Shown here: one piece after another, positions 59,488 to 64,000 of the stretch
Position numbering within the stretch: the first letter of the stretch is position 1
Layout of the letters: every line of letters begins with the position of its first letter
Assembly: GCA_963667665.2 (NCBI GenBank)
Contig: OY763927.2
Location: forward strand, 1,184,001-1,248,000
DNA length: 64,000 bases
Reading direction: 5' to 3'
From: Nitrosopumilus sp.
GTDB taxonomy: Archaea; Thermoproteota; Nitrososphaeria; Nitrososphaerales; Nitrosopumilaceae
Notes under the pieces: model-generated
Seen by the model: the letters and a program-made list of their open reading frames with translations, nothing else
What the model was told of the DNA's origin: nothing
Database searches by the model: none
Translations under genes and position numbers: made by a program

Positions 59488-59754
59488 TTATTTGAGTTTT
59501 CTTTTTCCAGTTCCTCTACCAGAACTAACCCACATACCTTTTGTATCAGGTCTCTTTTTTGGTTCAGATATATCACTGAAACTTATTTTACCAGTTCCTC
59601 TACCAGAAGTGATATATTTTATACCACTGTCTTTAGCTTTTGCTTTAGCTGCTTCTTGGATTTGTTTATATTCTTCACCAGTCCACTTTGTAGCATCACT
59701 GTCAACTTCAATAATTCTAGTGCCTCTTCCGGATCGTACTCTTATTTTGACCAT
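59488..59754 (-). CDS. small basic SGRGT-repeat protein (paralogue A)
   Basis: 88 aa from ATG 59754; first 27 aa identical to 63102-63356 while the DNA differs at synonymous sites. Confidence 0.8.
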   Translation of the reverse strand: MVKIRVRSGRGTRIIEVDSDATKWTGEEYKQIQEAAKAKAKDSGIKYITSGRGTGKISFSDISEPKKRPDTKGMWVSSGRGTGKRKLK

Positions 59755-60034
59755 ATTAATCACATATAATATAGAAATTCTCATTAATAAAATTTCGAAA
59801 AAGCGCAATTTTTGGAAAATTTGTCGTATTAAATGATTTAATTAAATTATGTATAAAAAATTCAAATTATTTTCTTAGTGAAAGGTTTTAGAATTTTTAT
59901 GATTCATAAAATTATGTAGACCCTCGAGGTGACTTGTCAAGTTAGTTCATGGCCCTTACAAGAATTAACAGTAAAACCTTATTCTATGCCTAAAATTTGA
60001 CCTTAAAACAAATTTCATATGTGATTATTCTCAA

Positions 60035-60142
60035 TTAAAATTTGGAAATTTTTTCATGTATATCATAAAGATCTAATTTCTGATCTAATACAGCAGAGGC
60101 CACAACAGTTACAATTTCAATTATGGGTTTAGTAAATGTCAT
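60035..60142 (-). pseudogene. TATA-binding-protein gene remnant (N-terminal fragment)
   Basis: MTFTKPIIEIVTVVASAVLDQKLDLYDI, then KKFPNF in a shifted frame, resembles the TBP start (I.NVVAS..L.Q.LDL..I...FP); stops follow. Confidence 0.6.
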
Positions 60143-60204
60143 CAAGAATCACACTAAAGAAACTATATTTAAAGAAATTTAAAATGGATTGTTAGATGTG
60201 TTTT

Positions 60205-60285
60205 ATGGTTACTTGTGATAAATGCTATCACGAATATCATGATCAATGCATGGGAAAAGTAGGAATGTTTGACTGTGATTGCTAG
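60205..60285 (+). CDS. putative 26-aa Cys/His-rich micropeptide
   Basis: MVTCDKCYHEYHDQCMGKVGMFDCDC; TATA-like TTTAAA at 60168-60173; alternative start 60196. Confidence 0.5.
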   Translation: MVTCDKCYHEYHDQCMGKVGMFDCDC

Positions 60286-60311
60286 TGTTTGAAAAAATAG
60301 TTTTTCTAGAA

Positions 60312-61112
60312 TTATTTTCTGATTTCTATTAAAATATTCTCATCAAACCATCTGATCTGCTCTAAATCATCAAAATTATTCTTGATGTTTTGTTGAAATA
60401 TTTCAAGAGATTCATCAAATGTTTCTTTATCATATAGAGCAAAAGTAGAATAGTGGTTGTTTTGAGCTTGGTGAACTAGTCTATCAAGACTAGAGGTTCT
60501 AGAATGTCCAAATACTCGGGTGGAATTAATATGTATATCTGCATTTTGTATATGGTGTTCTAATTCATCTAGTTCGTACAAACGATCTTCTTTCTCTGTA
60601 AATAATGGAAAGTGTTCTCCCCAAATACTTCTAGAATTTTGATTTCTTAGTCTAGTGTATATGAAAAGATGTCCATCATCTTTGAGTGTTCGTAATGATT
60701 CAGACAAAAACTTTGGAACATCAAAATGGTGAATTGTATTAAAGGTAACAATGCAATCCATTGAATTATTCTCTAGTGGTAGTCTGTTTGCATCACCCAG
60801 TCTTACACAAAAGTTTGTAGTGTTCTCCTCTACAAGATAACTCTCTAATGATTCTAACATTTTTTCATTATAATCCACACAGTGAATATAAAATGAAGCA
60901 TCAAAGCATTTCAAAAACTCTAGGGAATACCGTCCATCTCCACAACCAACATCTGCCATGTTGATTTTCTGTTTTTCTTTTAGTTTGTCTTTTATGTGTA
61001 GGATTGGTTTTGTATCCAATGTTCTTACACTTCGATATTTTGAGGCAATAGTTGAAAAGTGAGTATGCATATCTTGCGAGTTTAATTTAATTTCATTTTG
61101 TATTCTTGACAA
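60312..61112 (-). CDS. class I SAM-dependent methyltransferase
   Basis: ADVGCGDG, CVDYNEKML, GDANRLPL, TLKDDG. Confidence 0.9.
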   Translation of the reverse strand: MSRIQNEIKLNSQDMHTHFSTIASKYRSVRTLDTKPILHIKDKLKEKQKINMADVGCGDGRYSLEFLKCFDASFYIHCVDYNEKMLESLESYLVEENTTNFCVRLGDANRLPLENNSMDCIVTFNTIHHFDVPKFLSESLRTLKDDGHLFIYTRLRNQNSRSIWGEHFPLFTEKEDRLYELDELEHHIQNADIHINSTRVFGHSRTSSLDRLVHQAQNNHYSTFALYDKETFDESLEIFQQNIKNNFDDLEQIRWFDENILIEIRK

Positions 61113-61271
61113 GGATTACGATGACTTTTTGCCCTATATGAAGCCACTAGTTTTTCAATCAATTTAACATGAAAAGAACCAAAAAAACTAGATTCTTGAC
61201 GATAAAATCAAAATTTGGATTCTATATGATAAAAATAAAGAGATAATATACAATGCAGCGTAATATCCAAT

Positions 61272-61457
61272 ATGGTACTTGTACTGATAGGAATTGCATT
61301 AGGAATTTTAATAGTAATAGCTCTAATTATCAAGGCGACTAAAACGTCTTCTCGTGATGTTGTGGGGATTGACATACATTGCAAAAAGTGTGGTGTTAAA
61401 ACACAGGGATTACCATGTCCAAAATGTGAAAAAAGAACCCAGTCATTTGGTGTTTAA
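61272..61457 (+). CDS. small membrane-anchored Zn-finger protein
   Basis: N-terminal TM helix; CKKCG...CPKC. Confidence 0.75.
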   Translation: MVLVLIGIALGILIVIALIIKATKTSSRDVVGIDIHCKKCGVKTQGLPCPKCEKRTQSFGV

Positions 61458-61636
61458 TTTTAGTTCTAAATTGTAATAGATATTGCCAAAAAACTAGTAA
61501 GTACTACTTATTGTTAAATTGAAATTTAGGCCTTCAAAGGGAACTAGTGTTTTAGTTTAAGACTCTACAATTTAAAATAATTTTTAAAAATTTTCAGAAC
61601 AAAATGCAATGTTAGAGTCTTGAAATAATTTCGGAG

Positions 61637-61709
61637 GGCCCTCGAGGGGAATCGAACCCCTGTCCGGGGATCCACAATCCCCTATACTAGCCACTGTACT
61701 ACGAAGGCC
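61637..61709 (-). tRNA. tRNA-His(GTG)
   Basis: Reverse complement (G)GCCTTCG...GGGGA-TTGTGGA-TCCCC...GGTTCGATTCC...CGAGGGC-C; encoded G-1 and C discriminator. Confidence 0.95.
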
Positions 61710-61803
61710 ACCAGAAAGAAAAATAGTTTATCCTGTAATAATCTTTGATTATGAACCAAAACTTAGACTGTAAATTTATTATTTACTAGTTAGAATTTAG
61801 AAT

Positions 61804-61884
61804 ATGCGATTATGGTGGATTGCAATGGCAATAGCAATTGGACTAACATGGATTGGAATGAACTATGGACTTCCATTCAAGTAG
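61804..61884 (+). CDS. putative 26-aa hydrophobic micropeptide
   Basis: MRLWWIAMAIAIGLTWIGMNYGLPFK; TATA-like TTTATTA about 25 nt upstream. Confidence 0.45.
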   Translation: MRLWWIAMAIAIGLTWIGMNYGLPFK

Positions 61885-61981
61885 CCTCAAATGCAAGAAT
61901 GTTTTTCAATTTTACAACTAGGATTTTTTCATAAAGTGATAGCGATCGCTTTAAATTTGTTGTATTAGGGTATTTTTCGAC

Positions 61982-63004
61982 TTGAGAAAAGGATTCATTG
62001 CCAATAGATTACGTTCAGGAAGAAAATCAGTAGAGAATTCTATTGAAAGTGAAATGGAGACCATACAAGGGGAAAAATTTGTATGGATTAATTTACAAAA
62101 TCCAGATAGAAAAGATGTTGAAAAATTAGCTAAAAAATACAATTTCAATACACTAAACATTGAGGATTGTATGACCAAATTTGAACTTCCAAAACTAGAT
62201 AGTTATGATGACCATTTCTTTGTAATTTTGCATTTTCCACCACTTGCACAAAAAGTAGGAATATCAAAAAATAGTCAGTTATCAATATTTCTTGGAAAAG
62301 ATTTCCTAGTCACAGTACATCAAGGAGATCTAAAACCCCTAGTTGAATTAGCAGAAATATGTAAAACAGATTCAGATCTACAAAGAAAAGAGAGACTATT
62401 AGGAAAATCCTCAGGAGTATTACTTCATGAAATTATAGACGTACTAGTAGATGATCTTTTACATACTTCTAGAAAGATAATTGCAAATCTAGATGAAATG
62501 GAAGATAGGGTATTTGATGAAAAAAAACCAGTAGCAAGAAGTATTGCCCTACTTAGAAGGGAAATTAACAGACTAAGAAGAATAGCTAATCCATTAAAGA
62601 AATTTGTATTAGAAATTGCAAAAAATATTAAAAGATTTGCAGAAAGAGATGATGTAGAACTAACTTTATTTTTTGATGATATTATAGATCACATAGACAA
62701 AGTAATTGAAACACTAGAAGAATCACGAGAAACTATGGAAATTTACAAAGATACAGACTTTGTGTTAAGCACGGAAAAGACAAACAAAGTACTTAGTTTA
62801 CTAACTATTATTTTCATGCTAACAATACCATCAACATTAATTGGAACATTTTATGGAATGAATGTCAATTTACCAGGAGGAATTGGGGATGATTCAATGT
62901 TCTTAGGTCCATTTACAATTTTTATAATTATTATTCTTGCATCAGTAATTCCTGCGATCATGATGTTTGTATATTTCAAAAAACTGGGCTGGATATCTAG
63001 TTAA
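61982..63004 (+). CDS. corA: CorA-family magnesium transporter
   Basis: WINLQNP, PKLDSY, GTFYGMNV signature, two C-terminal TM helices. Confidence 0.93.
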   Translation: MRKGFIANRLRSGRKSVENSIESEMETIQGEKFVWINLQNPDRKDVEKLAKKYNFNTLNIEDCMTKFELPKLDSYDDHFFVILHFPPLAQKVGISKNSQLSIFLGKDFLVTVHQGDLKPLVELAEICKTDSDLQRKERLLGKSSGVLLHEIIDVLVDDLLHTSRKIIANLDEMEDRVFDEKKPVARSIALLRREINRLRRIANPLKKFVLEIAKNIKRFAERDDVELTLFFDDIIDHIDKVIETLEESRETMEIYKDTDFVLSTEKTNKVLSLLTIIFMLTIPSTLIGTFYGMNVNLPGGIGDDSMFLGPFTIFIIIILASVIPAIMMFVYFKKLGWISS

Positions 63005-63101
63005 AATAAGAGATTTTAGAGTTTTTTACAAATTTCACTAAAATTAGGGTAAATTCCAACAAAGCACCCTAGATAAATACAAGATAATTTTACCTTATTT
63101 T

Positions 63102-63356
63102 ATGGTTAAAATTAGAGTACGAAGCGGAAGAGGCACAAGAATTATTGAAGTTGATAGCGATGCTACAAAGTGGACTGGTGAACAATTTAAAGAAATCCAA
63201 GCAGCCAGAAAAGCAGCAACTGGAAATAGAATGGTCTCTTCTGGTAGAGGAACCGGTAGAAGAAAATTGAGTGATATACCTGAACCAAAAAAGAGACCTG
63301 AATACAAAGGTACAATAACTTCAGGTAGAGGAACCGGTAAAAGAAAAGCGAAGTAA
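63102..63356 (+). CDS. small basic SGRGT-repeat protein (paralogue B)
   Basis: 84 aa with three SGRGT motifs; paralogue of 59488-59754. Confidence 0.8.
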   Translation: MVKIRVRSGRGTRIIEVDSDATKWTGEQFKEIQAARKAATGNRMVSSGRGTGRRKLSDIPEPKKRPEYKGTITSGRGTGKRKAK

Positions 63357-63430
63357 TAAGAATTCGTAAAAAACCTAATTTTTCATTTTTAATATTTTTT
63401 ATTTTATATTATTAACTAGATTTGATTTTT

Positions 63431-64000
63431 CTATATTTTGATATCAGGATTTCCAGCTTTAAGCTTTTCCCAATCTGCAAGAAAGTTTTCTAAACCAATT
63501 TTTGTCAATGGATGTTGCATCATCTTGTCTAAAACTGCAGGAGGTAATGTTACTACATCTGCTCCAATTTTTGCAGCATCAATTACATGTATTGGATGAC
63601 GGATACTTGCAACAAGTATCTCAGTTTCAAAATCATAATTGTCAAATATTTTTCTGATATCTTTAATTAGATGCATTCCATCTTGTCCAATATCATCTAG
63701 TCTTCCAATAAATGGACTAACATATTTTGCACCAGATTTTGCAGCAAGCAAAGCCTGATTTGGTGAAAATATCAACGTAACATTAACAGGGATTCCTTCT
63801 GATGAAAGGGATTTACATGCTTTCAAACCATCAGGAGTCATAGGAACTTTAACTACAACATTATCTCCATATTCACGAAGACGTTTGCCTTCTTCCATCA
63901 TTCCAGAGTATTCTGTACTTACAACTTCTAGACTTACATCACCTTTGATAATTTTTGTTATCTCTTCCATTGCATCTTTAGGATTACCTTTTTCTTTAGA
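63431..64000 (-). CDS. fsa: transaldolase / fructose-6-phosphate aldolase family (5' end lies beyond the window)
   Basis: [37 protein letters not shown]; the frame stays open to the window edge. Confidence 0.93.
   Translation of the reverse strand, partial: SKEKGNPKDAMEEITKIIKGDVSLEVVSTEYSGMMEEGKRLREYGDNVVVKVPMTPDGLKACKSLSSEGIPVNVTLIFSPNQALLAAKSGAKYVSPFIGRLDDIGQDGMHLIKDIRKIFDNYDFETEILVASIRHPIHVIDAAKIGADVVTLPPAVLDKMMQHPLTKIGLENFLADWEKLKAGNPDIKI

Noticed and set aside
61559-61621. AAGACTCTA/TAGAGTCTT inverted repeat next to tRNA-His as a MITE
   Set aside because: The arms are only 9 bp, with no TSD and no second copy seen; it could be chance or a terminator-region feature.
433-63307. Numerous 60-160 aa ORFs antisense to or nested in housekeeping genes (e.g. 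2290-2715, 3146-3529, 54533-55012)
   Set aside because: They are shadow ORFs of well-supported genes, with no motifs or independent signals.
59488-63356. Inverted paralogues as ends of an invertible segment
   Set aside because: The DNA copies differ at many synonymous sites and no recombinase is nearby; protein-level conservation explains the similarity.

Overview
This is an AT-rich archaeal chromosomal segment, most likely from an ammonia-oxidising archaeon (Nitrosopumilaceae, Thaumarchaeota/Nitrososphaerota). The assignment rests on the unsplit RNA polymerase subunit A, PEFG-CTERM and CFI-box-CTERM surface proteins, an S-layer-like protein and the ribosomal gene content. Most of the window is housekeeping: the rpoH-B-A/L30e/nusA/S12/S7 cluster, larB/C/E with iscS and mdh, a CDF/ZIP/multicopper-oxidase metal locus, S13/S4/glmS, cobT, a Liv-type ABC transporter, rpoN-eno-S2-mvk-ipk-idi-GGPPS-gltX, corA, transaldolase and three tRNAs. 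The main observation is a discrete 3,827-bp transposon at 14373-18199. It has about 58-bp imperfect terminal inverted repeats, an exact 8-bp target-site duplication (CTTTTTAA) and a single central IS6-like DDE transposase with an N-terminal SWIM/Zn-ribbon extension. Passenger genes lie on both sides, including an AbrB-like regulator, a DUF488 enzyme and a frameshifted partner gene. It sits in a tandem array of PEFG-CTERM genes whose 3' ends are nearly identical in DNA, and the paralogous spacer at 19086-19123 shows the empty site. Other observations are a three-box operator array upstream of the MCO-ZIP pair, several unannotated Cys-rich or membrane micro-ORFs, a TBP gene remnant and a duplicated small basic SGRGT-repeat protein. 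All family assignments come from recognising motifs by eye; no database searches were run.
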